DNA from: an uncultured Bacteroides sp.
Lineage (GTDB): Bacteria; Bacteroidota; Bacteroidia; Bacteroidales; Bacteroidaceae
Reading direction: 5' to 3'
Length of the DNA stretch: 64,000 bases
Assembly: GCA_900544675.1 (NCBI GenBank)
Contig: UQVZ01000015.1
Location: forward strand, 4,433 to 68,432
Part shown: one piece after another, positions 49,437 to 59,265 of the stretch
Layout of the letters: every line of letters starts with the position of its first letter
How positions within the stretch are numbered: position 1 is the first letter of the stretch
Notes under the pieces: model-generated
What the model was told of the DNA's origin: nothing
The model's input: only the letters and a program-made list of their open reading frames with translations
The model's database searches: none
Made by a program: the position numbers and the translations under genes

Positions 49437-49450
49437 GCCGCCTTCATCCT

Positions 49451-50314
49451 TTACGAATGCGGTCCGACATGATAAATGTCATCGGCATCTTGCCGGATGC
49501 GGTATCCCAGCAACGAGCTGAAGCGGTAACACAAGCGGGGAAACCAGCCCAGCACAAAACCGAACAGCCCCCAGCGCAGACGGAAGAACTTCATGTAATT
49601 GGCCTGGTCTATCAAGGAAAGGCGAGGTTCCCAGCCTTCCACCTCATGTCCATTGTCAATGCCCGAACGTATCTGCGCCTCATGCCCTTTCAGCGAATCA
49701 GGCTTGACACTGTGTTTCGACATCATCGTGCCACACACATCAAACCACAGTTCGCCTCCTCCGAAACGTTCCGCAATGCGGGAAACGAACTGACGCACCT
49801 GACGCTCATAGAAATACATCAGCACTCCTTCGACTACAAAGATGAAAGCCGACTCGGGATGCCTGGCTTTCAAGTCGTTCATCCACTCCACGTCCAGCAA
49901 CGAAGCGGACAGATAGCGGTCTCCTTCCGGTTCGGGAATCAGTTCCCGGCGCAACTCAATCACTTCCGGCAAGTCAAGTTCGTAGAATACCGCCTGTTTC
50001 CCTTGCTTCTTCAGACGCTGGTAACGGGTATCAAGCCCACACCCGACGTTCACAACGACCACATGAGGGTGCGTATCGATGAACCGGCACACGGCACGGT
50101 CGAAATACCAGCCTCTGACTACGCAACCCACTTCACTGAGCTTCGCCCCGTCGAAACGGCTGTAATCGTAATCAATGCTCTCTACCAGCCGCTCGGCAAA
50201 GTCATCCCGTAATATTGCCTTTTCTCCTCTGCGGCTTTCTTTTGCCCGCATGTAGAGCGGAATCAACAAGGTTTCCGCCACAATGCTCTTGAATGGATGT
50301 TTCTCTTTCATCAT
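49451..50314 (-). CDS. Class I SAM-dependent O-methyltransferase (LCM/TcmP-like)
   Basis: VVNVGCGLDTRYQRL...YELDLPEVIELR... pattern of PF04072-type methyltransferases. Confidence 0.6.
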   Translation of the reverse strand: MMKEKHPFKSIVAETLLIPLYMRAKESRRGEKAILRDDFAERLVESIDYDYSRFDGAKLSEVGCVVRGWYFDRAVCRFIDTHPHVVVVNVGCGLDTRYQRLKKQGKQAVFYELDLPEVIELRRELIPEPEGDRYLSASLLDVEWMNDLKARHPESAFIFVVEGVLMYFYERQVRQFVSRIAERFGGGELWFDVCGTMMSKHSVKPDSLKGHEAQIRSGIDNGHEVEGWEPRLSLIDQANYMKFFRLRWGLFGFVLGWFPRLCYRFSSLLGYRIRQDADDIYHVGPHS

Positions 50315-50395
50315 GTTTTTTTCGTTTTTATGGTTGTTCTATCAAAGTCCTCAAAAACGAACACCTTTCCGAAAGTGTTCAAAAAAAGAGCGAGC

Positions 50396-51007
50396 TTATA
50401 AATTCATAAGCTCGCTCCAACCGTAGATTTCACCGGTGATGTACTCGGTGACTATCTGTTCTATTTCGTCAGGCTTTATCTTCTGCCTAAGTATTTCCTC
50501 GAATAAGGCAAACATCCACACCGTGTGCAGACGGATGACAAAATCGGATATATGAATGTTCAGTTCGGGATGCCGTGCCTTCATCCGCACCAGATACTCC
50601 TTGAACACTTGCGTGGCGCGGTCAGCATACTTTTCCTTGAAGTTTTCGAAAGAAGACCCTTGGGCATGGAAGAAGAGCAGTTCCAGTCCTCTGCGGTTCC
50701 GGCTCAGCAAATCCCGATACTCATTTACTACCAAACGGAAGTAATCCGCCGAATACATTTCGCGGATATCCATGCTCTGCCTGCCGTGATGTTCGTCAAG
50801 CATCCGCTCAATAGCCGTGACAGCCGGAGCCACAAGCTCGCTGAAAAGCGCGTCCTTTCCTGTGTAATAATTATAGATATTGCTCAGACTCACGCCCGAC
50901 TTGACAGCGATGTCGCGCATCGATGCCTTGCGGAAGCCTTTCTCCAGGAAGAGACTTTCCGCTCCTTCGGCTATCTGCCGCTGTATGTCGTCTTTCAAGC
51001 GTTGCAT
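50396..51007 (-). CDS. TetR/AcrR-family transcriptional regulator
   Basis: N-terminal HTH (FLEKGFRKASMRDIAVKSGVSLSNIYNYYTGKDALF). Start set at the internal ATG MQRLKDD. It is the first gene of the TetR-methyltransferase-ABC-ABC operon. Confidence 0.75.
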   Translation of the reverse strand: MQRLKDDIQRQIAEGAESLFLEKGFRKASMRDIAVKSGVSLSNIYNYYTGKDALFSELVAPAVTAIERMLDEHHGRQSMDIREMYSADYFRLVVNEYRDLLSRNRRGLELLFFHAQGSSFENFKEKYADRATQVFKEYLVRMKARHPELNIHISDFVIRLHTVWMFALFEEILRQKIKPDEIEQIVTEYITGEIYGWSELMNL

Positions 51008-51102
51008 GGTGGTACATATATAAAAAAGGTATTGCAAAGGTAGTCCGTCAGACTTTCCCTTGCAATACCTATTTTTAGTGATTTTTATTAAATGAAGAAT
51101 CC

Positions 51103-51290
51103 GTGTTTAAAATAAAATCAAACGCAGAGACGCTGAGACGCAAAGTTTTCTATTTTGAGAAAGCAAAGCACACGAAGATTTTTTCTTATTTGAACACAGA
51201 GGCACAAAGAAATAAATTTGTTAATCTGCGTAATCCATTGAAGAAAAAAATCTGTGTAATCTGTGGTGAAAAGAAAACATCAACTGATTC
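51103..51290. repeat. Dispersed intergenic repeat element B (inverted copy of 63843-63990)
   Basis: Its reverse complement reads ttttcaccacagattacacagatttttttcttcaatggattacgcagattaacaaatttatttctttgtgcctctgtgtt..., nearly identical to 63843-63930. It carries an extra ~60-bp internal segment. Confidence 0.65.
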
Positions 51291-51295
51291 TTCAT

Positions 51296-52951
51296 TTAAC
51301 CATTGTCTTTCTCCCGAATCTCCACACGGCGGATTTTTCCGCTGATGGTTTTCGGAAGTTCGTCTACAAACTCGATGACGCGCGGATACTTATAAGGAGC
51401 GGTCACACGCTTCACGTGGTCTTGCAGTTCCTTTATCAAATCGGGTCCTGCCTTTGCCTTATAATCCTTCGCCAACACGATAGTAGCCTTCACCACTTGT
51501 CCGCGAATCTCGTCGGGCACACCGGTAATGGCACATTCCACCACTGCCGGATGAGTCATCAAAGCGCTTTCCACTTCGAAAGGACCAATGCGGTAACCCG
51601 AACTCTTGATAACATCGTCGGCACGACCCACGAACCAATAATATCCGTCTTCGTCACGCCAAGCCACATCACCCGTATAATATACACCGTCGTGCCAAGC
51701 CTCGCGGGTCAACTCGGGCGCACGGTAGTATTCCTTGAACAGTCCCAAAGGTTTCCCCTTATCGGTACGGATAACGATTTGACCCTGCTCTCCGTCTTCA
51801 GCCGAACGCCCGTCGGGTTTCAGCAAGTCTATCTGATATTGCGGATTGGGCACACCCATACTTCCCGGTTTCGGTTCCATCCACGGGAAGGTAGCCAAGG
51901 TAAGGGTGGTTTCGGTCTGTCCGAAACCTTCCATCAGCCGGATGCCGGTAATCTTCAAGAAGGTTTCATAAACCGAATAATTCAACGCCTCGCCTGCCGT
52001 CGTGCAATATTCCAGCGATGACAGGTCGTACTTGCTCAAGTCCTCGCGTATCAGGAAACGATAGATGGTAGGAGGAGCACACAAGGAAGTGATATGATAA
52101 TCGTGTATCTTCTTCAGAATGTCGGCAGGGGTGAACTTTTCGTGGTCGTAGACAAAGATATTCGCACCGGCTATCATCTGCCCGTAGAGTTTTCCCCACA
52201 CGGCTTTTCCCCAACCGGTATCGGCGATGGTGAAGTGCAAGCTGTCTTCGTGCAGGTTGTGCCAGAAGCTTCCGGTCGAGATGTGACCCAAAGGATACGT
52301 GAAGTCATGTGCCACCATCTTCGGCTCGCCGGTAGTTCCCGATGTGAAATACATCAGCATGATGTCGTCGTTCGTATTCACTTCTGCCGGACGCACGAAA
52401 GGTGCCGCCTGCTCGATGCCTTTATGGAAATCCTCGAATCCTTCCGGATATTCCGGTCCTACACTGACCAGTTTCTCCACACTGGGCGATTCGGGCATCG
52501 CGTCAACGATATGTTTCAGGATAACCCCCTCGCCTGCAGCCACAATTAGCTTGATGGTAGCCGCCTGGCAACGGTAAACAATGTCTTTCTTGGTCAGCAA
52601 ATGGGTGGCGGGAATAGCTATCGCACCTATCTTATGCAGAGCAATGATGGAAAACCAGAATTCGTACCGGCGCTTCAGAATCAGCATCACCTTGTCACCT
52701 TTTCCGATGCCTAAGCTTTGGAAATAGGAAGCGGTCATATCGGTATATTTCTTCAGGTCACCGAAAGTGAACTGAATGCACTCGCCTTTGTCGTTTGTCC
52801 AAAGCAACGCATTCTTGTCAGGGCGTTCGGCTGCCCAGGCATCTACCACGTCATATCCGAAATTGAAGTTTTCGGGAACTTTTACCTTGAAATTCTTTAT
52901 GAAATCCTCCTGCGAGGAAAAACTTGTCTGACTTACAAATCTTTCTAACAT
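51296..52951 (-). CDS. AMP-forming acyl-CoA synthetase (medium-chain / ACS-like)
   Basis: AMP-binding motifs [42 protein letters not shown], and the terminal ISGKIRR lysine. Confidence 0.85.
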   Translation of the reverse strand: MLERFVSQTSFSSQEDFIKNFKVKVPENFNFGYDVVDAWAAERPDKNALLWTNDKGECIQFTFGDLKKYTDMTASYFQSLGIGKGDKVMLILKRRYEFWFSIIALHKIGAIAIPATHLLTKKDIVYRCQAATIKLIVAAGEGVILKHIVDAMPESPSVEKLVSVGPEYPEGFEDFHKGIEQAAPFVRPAEVNTNDDIMLMYFTSGTTGEPKMVAHDFTYPLGHISTGSFWHNLHEDSLHFTIADTGWGKAVWGKLYGQMIAGANIFVYDHEKFTPADILKKIHDYHITSLCAPPTIYRFLIREDLSKYDLSSLEYCTTAGEALNYSVYETFLKITGIRLMEGFGQTETTLTLATFPWMEPKPGSMGVPNPQYQIDLLKPDGRSAEDGEQGQIVIRTDKGKPLGLFKEYYRAPELTREAWHDGVYYTGDVAWRDEDGYYWFVGRADDVIKSSGYRIGPFEVESALMTHPAVVECAITGVPDEIRGQVVKATIVLAKDYKAKAGPDLIKELQDHVKRVTAPYKYPRVIEFVDELPKTISGKIRRVEIREKDNG

Positions 52952-53043
52952 TTTGCTTATGTTTTCTGTTCCACCCCAGCAGGATACACCTTTCTTAAGC
53001 CTTTCCCACAGCGGTGACTGATATTACTCCTTATTTATATATA

Positions 53044-53601
53044 TTATTGCATTACCACTGCCAAGAATTTTACGGTCTTTCCGTCAAGTGCCAACATACC
53101 GTGTGGCTTGCTCGAATCAAAATACAGGCTGTCTCCCGGATTCAATATCAATTCCTTCCCGTTGATGTTCAACAGCAGACGTCCTTCTATCACTAAATTA
53201 AATTCTTGTCCCACGTGCGTATTGAAATACACCGGTGTCCCTTCCGGTTTTGGTTCTACTGTTACGATAAATGGGTCAGCTATCCTGTTCTTAAAACCCG
53301 AAGCCAACGATTCGTATTTATAAGCCTTCGTACGCTCTACCGAAACGCCCGTCCCTTTGCGTGTCAAGAAATAGGCTTTCATCTTCGGCTCTTCGCCAAA
53401 CATTAACTCATCTAATGTCACACCATATTTGTGGGCTATACGTTGCAAAAGGCTAACCGAAAAGTCGTTTTCTCCCGATTCGAGCGCACGATAGGTTTCT
53501 GCCGGGAGATTGCAATCAGCAGCTACTTCTTCTACACTTAAATCCAAAGCGTCGCGCAAACCTCGCAAACGCTCAGCAATTTGTTTTATCTGTTCGTCCA
53601 T
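53044..53601 (-). CDS. XRE-family HTH + cupin-domain transcriptional regulator
   Basis: HTH_3 (LRDALDLSVEEVAADCNLPAETYRALESG) and a C-terminal cupin (...GDSLYFDSSKPHGM...). Start set at the internal ATG. It lies upstream of the acyl-CoA synthetase on the same strand. Confidence 0.7.
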   Translation of the reverse strand: MDEQIKQIAERLRGLRDALDLSVEEVAADCNLPAETYRALESGENDFSVSLLQRIAHKYGVTLDELMFGEEPKMKAYFLTRKGTGVSVERTKAYKYESLASGFKNRIADPFIVTVEPKPEGTPVYFNTHVGQEFNLVIEGRLLLNINGKELILNPGDSLYFDSSKPHGMLALDGKTVKFLAVVMQ

Positions 53602-53860
53602 ATCTGTTATTCTGTTTATTCTTGCCAAATTTACGAAAGATTTTGATACGAGAAACCGGAAAAGCCGGAAAAGTTTTAGAAAGTAGAAATAAATCTAACC
53701 ATCATAAGGTTAAACAAACTTTAAGACAAAATGAAACAAAATAACGGACAAAATGAAAGCCCCATGCGATATGCCTCTTTTAGCTATCAGTAGAAATCGG
53801 TACTTTTGTTAAATGTTATAAAACGGGAAATTTCAACTCTATAATATAATAAAAGGAAAC

Positions 53861-54742
53861 ATGAAACTACGAGTCATCTTATTAGCGACATTGTTTTTGC
53901 TGCCTGCCTTGCAAAGCATACAGGCACAAGTAGAACGGAACACCATCTACAAAGTAGGTATAGGCGATTTTAGCTATACGCCTAAAGACGAAACGCCCAA
54001 TGCAGGGAATGTCTTGAAAAATATGGCTATATCCTTCGTAAAAGGGACTAATACCCATCAATTGTCCAACTATGCCGATGATGTAAGAGCCAATATACGC
54101 AAAGGATTCAGCAATGTTATCCGTTTTGAAACCATTGACGGACGGACATTCCAGGAAGAAAGGCTCAGAAACGACCGTCTTTTCTATGTAGACGGAACCA
54201 TCATCAACATCAGTGCTACTACTGACGGACCTTCGCTCAAAGAAAGGAAAAGACTGAAAAACTCTTCTTTCACACCATCAACCACTATCAAAGCTACGAT
54301 TAGCGTCACCGTCAACCTGAAAAACGTATCTACCGGCGTAATGGAAGACAGCCGTACCTTTAATGCCAGCGGCAGTGATGCTGCCAGCGAAGATAAAGCC
54401 GTAACACAAGCTCTAATCAATCTTTCGGGAATTATCACGGATTATTACAATCGAAAATTCCCGATCAACGCTTCGATTGTAGAACGTGGCGAAGTGAAAA
54501 AAGAAAAACAAAAAACCGTCTACATCGACTTAGGCACCGCACTGGGAGCTTATGAAGATCAGCAATTCAATATCTATTCCGTAAAAACCATTGCTGGAAA
54601 AGAAGCACGGATTGAAATCGGCCGGCTGAAAATAGAAGAAGTATTGGGTGAAGAATTAAGCCTTTGCAAAGTAACAAAAGGGGAAAAAGAAGTAAAGACA
54701 GCATTAGACAGCGGAAGCACGCTGGTAGTAACTGTCAGATAA
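53861..54742 (+). CDS. Hypothetical secreted protein (signal peptide)
   Basis: MKLRVILLATLFLLPALQSIQAQ signal. Ser/Thr-rich, no recognised motif. First gene of a four-gene plus-strand cluster. Confidence 0.5.
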   Translation: MKLRVILLATLFLLPALQSIQAQVERNTIYKVGIGDFSYTPKDETPNAGNVLKNMAISFVKGTNTHQLSNYADDVRANIRKGFSNVIRFETIDGRTFQEERLRNDRLFYVDGTIINISATTDGPSLKERKRLKNSSFTPSTTIKATISVTVNLKNVSTGVMEDSRTFNASGSDAASEDKAVTQALINLSGIITDYYNRKFPINASIVERGEVKKEKQKTVYIDLGTALGAYEDQQFNIYSVKTIAGKEARIEIGRLKIEEVLGEELSLCKVTKGEKEVKTALDSGSTLVVTVR

Positions 54743-54791
54743 CGCAAGCTGCCCATACTATCGAATATTTCTTTAATAAACATATATTATA

Positions 54792-55505
54792 ATGATGAAA
54801 AAACTTAGAACTTTCATTCTCTTGCTGCTGGCAGCCTGTGCAGTTATTCCGGCATCGGCACAGTGGCGTATAGGTATACAGGCTGGTTACACCCGCAATT
54901 CGCTTTCTACAAGTTCCGGCTATTTCTACGACCGCCGTTATGTGGACCTCGGCGGACTCACGGTAGGCATACCCGTGCAATATGGTTTCACCGACTGGTT
55001 TGCCGTGGGTGCGGAAGTCGATTACATCCAAAAGAACTACGGCCAACGCCGTTCCGGTTTCTATGCCCCGCTGCATGAAGACATGACCAACCATTATCTT
55101 TCCGTACCCATCTATGGCCGCTTCTCATTCGGCGGTTCGCACCTTCGCGGATTCGTTGATGCTGGTGTGTATGGTGGCGGATGGCTATCCGCCCATCGGA
55201 AGGGTACTCATTTCTCCATGTTCGGTACGCCCGATGATGACAGCTACAATGATGTCGGTTCCAGCTACCGTCTCTACTCCTACGATGAAAAGTATGAATT
55301 CGACTCCCGCCGCGACAACCGTTTCGAAGCTGGTGCACTTATTGGCATCGGTCTTGAGTATCGGTTTACGCCGGTATGGGCGTTGCAAGCCAACTTCCGC
55401 TACTACCGCAGCCTGACCGACATGCAGAAAGACTACATGAAAGAGCGGATGCCACGCTATCTTGACACCTTTGCTTTCCAACTCGGAGTAATGGTTAACT
55501 TATAA
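54792..55505 (+). CDS. Outer-membrane beta-barrel protein (PorT/OmpA-like)
   Basis: Signal MMKKLRTFILLLLAACAVIPASAQ, alternating aromatic beta-strands. Its stop overlaps the next start (TAATG). Confidence 0.6.
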   Translation: MMKKLRTFILLLLAACAVIPASAQWRIGIQAGYTRNSLSTSSGYFYDRRYVDLGGLTVGIPVQYGFTDWFAVGAEVDYIQKNYGQRRSGFYAPLHEDMTNHYLSVPIYGRFSFGGSHLRGFVDAGVYGGGWLSAHRKGTHFSMFGTPDDDSYNDVGSSYRLYSYDEKYEFDSRRDNRFEAGALIGIGLEYRFTPVWALQANFRYYRSLTDMQKDYMKERMPRYLDTFAFQLGVMVNL

Positions 55506-56773
55506 TGACTTTCTCAAACGTTTACATGATGAATACAATCCTAAGAAAAGTTTTCCTTGCAGCCATAGCCGTATTGATTCTGACAGGCTGCCGTGACGAT
55601 ATTTTCGGAACACAGAATCCGCGCACTCAATATAATATATACAATTGGTCGCAACTCTTTGATGCCTACTGGAAAGGCATGAACAACAACTATGCCTTCT
55701 GGGACATCGACCCGACTGACTGGGATGCAGTCTACGACGAATACAAACCCCAGTTTGATGCATTATCCTCTGCCGGCTTTTCAGATTCCCTCACTAATGT
55801 GAAAGCATTCGGCATGTTTGACGAGATGACTGCCAACTTAATTGACGGACATTATAAGTGTACAATTCAGCTTCCAGGTATGAGTAGTTATATTATAAGC
55901 CCTTCTTGGGAACGAATTTATTCCCGTCCTGGATATCACGAAAGTAATGCAACTTGGTGGCAACAACTTTATGCATTGCAAAAAATGTATGCAGAGAAAC
56001 GACTCTTTATCGATCCTTATTATGGAAATTGTCCTGTAAACGACACTATAACCCTAGAGTCTAACCGCTATATTTGTGGAATAATTGAAAACGACATTGT
56101 CTTTTTAAAATTCGCTCAATTCACAATATCTGCACACTTAGATACAGGTGATAACGTTGATTCCTTATTCAAATATTGCTACTATCATTATCTTGACAGT
56201 CTACCGAATATAAAAGGAGTTATCATTGATGTCAGAAGTAATGGCGGCGGCTATCTCAATGATTTATCTTTGTTACTTGGCAAATTCGTCAATGAAGACC
56301 ACCTTGTGTTCTACACCCGCCAAAAGAATGGCTATGACCGCTTAGACTATACTCCGTGGATTCCGGAAATACTTGAACCGACAGAACGCAACCGTGAACT
56401 CAACGTACCGATTGTGGTATTAGCCGACATGAATTCTGTCAGCATGGCTGAAATGACAGCAATGTCAATTCTCTCTATGCCTAACGGTTGTGTCATTGGT
56501 GAACGCACACATGGAGGTATTGGACAGTTAAGTAATTCAAATGCTGCTTTTGACGATTACTATGGCGGCTATTTCTTGATTCCTGGACCATATAATAATC
56601 CATTAATGGAAGTCTACACCACCATGACCATGACCAAAGATATCAACGGCAATATTTACGAAGGCGTGGGTGTGCCTCCCACCATCGAAGAGCCTTATGA
56701 TGCACAGAGTCTGGCAAACGGCGTAGACAATCAGTTGGAGCGCGCCATCGAATATATAAGAACAAGAAAATAA
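55505..56773 (+). CDS. S41-family C-terminal processing peptidase (lipoprotein)
   Basis: Lipobox LILTGC and the S41 signature IIDVRSNGGGYLN. The real start may be the ATG at about 55526 (MMNTIL...). Confidence 0.75.
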   Translation: MTFSNVYMMNTILRKVFLAAIAVLILTGCRDDIFGTQNPRTQYNIYNWSQLFDAYWKGMNNNYAFWDIDPTDWDAVYDEYKPQFDALSSAGFSDSLTNVKAFGMFDEMTANLIDGHYKCTIQLPGMSSYIISPSWERIYSRPGYHESNATWWQQLYALQKMYAEKRLFIDPYYGNCPVNDTITLESNRYICGIIENDIVFLKFAQFTISAHLDTGDNVDSLFKYCYYHYLDSLPNIKGVIIDVRSNGGGYLNDLSLLLGKFVNEDHLVFYTRQKNGYDRLDYTPWIPEILEPTERNRELNVPIVVLADMNSVSMAEMTAMSILSMPNGCVIGERTHGGIGQLSNSNAAFDDYYGGYFLIPGPYNNPLMEVYTTMTMTKDINGNIYEGVGVPPTIEEPYDAQSLANGVDNQLERAIEYIRTRK

Positions 56774-56798
56774 TAATCTATTTAACACTAAAAGAACA

Positions 56799-57278
56799 AT
56801 GAAAACAATGAAAGAACAAAGCATTTATTGGATGAAAAAAGTTAAGAACCGCTGTTTCTTATTGGCATTGGCAGTCTGCAGCATGTTGCCTTTGCTCTCT
56901 TCCTGCTCCTCGGAAGAAAACGTTACCGTTAACTTCAAGGTTAAATTCGACGGTTATCTCCCTTTAAACCCCGACTATGAACCTCTTGTAACAGCCATTT
57001 TGGATTACCAGAAAGCCAACGGGATAATAGATCGGAACATATCTATTACTAAAGAAGGAAGTGATCTGACCGATGAAGATTTCAATGAAATGAAAGAGCA
57101 GGCAATTTCACAAGTTTTCAGTGAAATGAACGAACCCGACTACGGTGAAGTGATAAGAGAAGCCGGCATCAGTATATCCGAGCCGGTCAATCTGCTACTC
57201 GTTTACGAACTAGGACCTACAGGACCTAATGGAGAAATAAGCGGAGGTACAGAGTTTACACTGGAACTTCATCTTTAA
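56799..57278 (+). CDS. Small hypothetical lipoprotein
   Basis: LLALAVCSMLPLLSSC lipobox, acidic 130-aa body. Confidence 0.5.
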   Translation: MKTMKEQSIYWMKKVKNRCFLLALAVCSMLPLLSSCSSEENVTVNFKVKFDGYLPLNPDYEPLVTAILDYQKANGIIDRNISITKEGSDLTDEDFNEMKEQAISQVFSEMNEPDYGEVIREAGISISEPVNLLLVYELGPTGPNGEISGGTEFTLELHL

Positions 57279-57318
57279 CAAAGCTATGAATATCAGCAAT
57301 CTGTTAATGTAAACACAT

Positions 57319-57361
57319 GGCCCTCCGTTTGTCAAGCCTCAGACGGAGGGTCGTTTTTTTC
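57319..57361. terminator. Bidirectional rho-independent terminator
   Basis: ggccctccgt...acggagggtc hairpin followed by gttttttt. It overlaps the last codons of the convergent TPR/AraC gene. Confidence 0.65.
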
Positions 57362-59098
57362 TCCTTGAGCTTTCATGTATTGTGCCGGAGTCATGCCACA
57401 CACCTTATAGAAAGCACGATAGAAAGTACTGTGACTATTGAAACTCGCCTCTTTGGATATCGCGTCGAACGACAAGTAAGGCTTTTCCTTCATCAACTTG
57501 ATGGCATATTCCACACGCAGACGATTCAAATAAATGCTTACATTGTCGGCATTGGCATATTTACGGAGAATGCGGGGCAAATCATTCTTTCCGATACTGC
57601 CAAGCTCCATCAATTCATCACGGCCGAAATTAGGCTGAAGGAAAAGACGGTCTTTGATGACTGCATTTTCCAAACGCAGGAAACGTTCGTATTCTACCTT
57701 ATTAATATTGTTTTCACCGGCATCGGGCTGTTCGGGCAATTGCACCGTGTTTTCCAAAAATTCCGGACTAACCGGCTGCAACACCTCATCTTTCTGACAA
57801 CAAGAGTTACGCACTTCTTCCCGTTTCGCCATCAGTTCATCTATCTGCTTGACTGCGACCCGGTTTCTGCGACGCATCACGCGCAGATTATACCATATTA
57901 TTCCCGAGAAAGCAATCAGAAATACCAACAACAAAGATAAGCCGCCCAACAAGAAATTACGGCGTTGCATTTCAGTCTTCGCATTGGCTATCTGCAAGTC
58001 TTTTTCATGCAAACGGAACACCGTGGCATATTCATGCGCCCGGCTTCTCTGTTCGCGACTGAAGATGCTGTCATACAACCATGTCACACGTTGCTGATAA
58101 GCATCCGCCTGCTTGTAATCCTGAAGCCCGCGGTATGCCTGCGCAAAGCGGTCCAGGATAATCCAATAACCATAATTCACTGTATCTTCACCGTATGATT
58201 TCTGAAAAGAAGCCATGTCATCCCGATTGATACGCAAAGCCTCTTCATAGCGTCCGGCTTGCAACAGATAAGGAATGATTTGACCCACCTCATCTCGCGA
58301 AGCTGCAAAGTCGGTCTGCATAAACCGCCGGTAATACCCCTCTGCTTCCTTCTTCTGCCCTGCCAACATCAGCGCGTATGCCAACTTCGAATAAGCGTAA
58401 CCATACTGACTGTCAATATATCCGGGAGGAGGGCCCGGCTTTTCGCTCATCCGTGCAATCAACTTCACACGTTTTTCACCGATACCGATAGCTTCTTCCA
58501 GATGTCCTACTTCCATCAGTATTGCCATCAGTTCGCCGTACGCATACGAAAGGTCTGCCATCACCCGCACATTTTCCGAATCCTTTATCAAGTCAATTCC
58601 CTGACGATAGCATTTTAAAGCTTCATCCATGAGATTGATTTTCTTATACATCCGTCCCACATCGAAATATACAAAAGCCTCTTTCTCTGTTTTCCCCAAT
58701 TGACGTGCCAAGTCGAGTGCCTCCCGACTGTAACCGAGTGCCTCCTCATTCTTTCCCTGCGTAACCAAAGAATTTATCAGTTTAGTCAACATATTCAATT
58801 TCCGGGAAGGCACCAAGCGCACCGAATCCGAAGTAAGCGCCCTGCGCACATACCTCTCATTCAATATCTGTTCACCTTTTATCTCATAACACATCGTGCG
58901 CAACATGTCTATTTCAAAAGACTGCAACCCTGGCAGATGATTTTGTTCTGCCGAATCCAGCAACTGCAAAGCATAATCAGGATGCTGTATATGAATCTTT
59001 TGTATATACGCAAAGTTTATGAGTGAATCGTGCGGTTCCGTCATCGACCAGCATCTGCCGATTCCACACAAAAAAAGGAAAAAATAAAATAATCTCAT
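57332..59098 (-). CDS. TPR-repeat transmembrane one-component regulator with C-terminal AraC-type HTH
   Basis: Signal, TPR repeats, TM helix (FLLGGLSLLLVFLIAFSGIIWY), coiled coil, and an AraC HTH (YLNRLRVEYAIKLMKEK...FNSHSTFYRAFYKVCGMTPAQYM). Confidence 0.7.
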   Translation of the reverse strand: MRLFYFFLFLCGIGRCWSMTEPHDSLINFAYIQKIHIQHPDYALQLLDSAEQNHLPGLQSFEIDMLRTMCYEIKGEQILNERYVRRALTSDSVRLVPSRKLNMLTKLINSLVTQGKNEEALGYSREALDLARQLGKTEKEAFVYFDVGRMYKKINLMDEALKCYRQGIDLIKDSENVRVMADLSYAYGELMAILMEVGHLEEAIGIGEKRVKLIARMSEKPGPPPGYIDSQYGYAYSKLAYALMLAGQKKEAEGYYRRFMQTDFAASRDEVGQIIPYLLQAGRYEEALRINRDDMASFQKSYGEDTVNYGYWIILDRFAQAYRGLQDYKQADAYQQRVTWLYDSIFSREQRSRAHEYATVFRLHEKDLQIANAKTEMQRRNFLLGGLSLLLVFLIAFSGIIWYNLRVMRRRNRVAVKQIDELMAKREEVRNSCCQKDEVLQPVSPEFLENTVQLPEQPDAGENNINKVEYERFLRLENAVIKDRLFLQPNFGRDELMELGSIGKNDLPRILRKYANADNVSIYLNRLRVEYAIKLMKEKPYLSFDAISKEASFNSHSTFYRAFYKVCGMTPAQYMKAQGEKNDPPSEA

Positions 59099-59265
59099 AT
59101 CTTACTAAACAATAATATGCGGCAAAGATAAGAAAAATTACAATAACAATACCCCCGTAAACAAATATCCACAATCCTTTGCAATAAAAAACAAGAAACA
59201 GATACAGGAACCAGCTTCACCTGCTTGCCCTGTACCTGTTTCTTTTACGCTTAATCTAAATGCAC

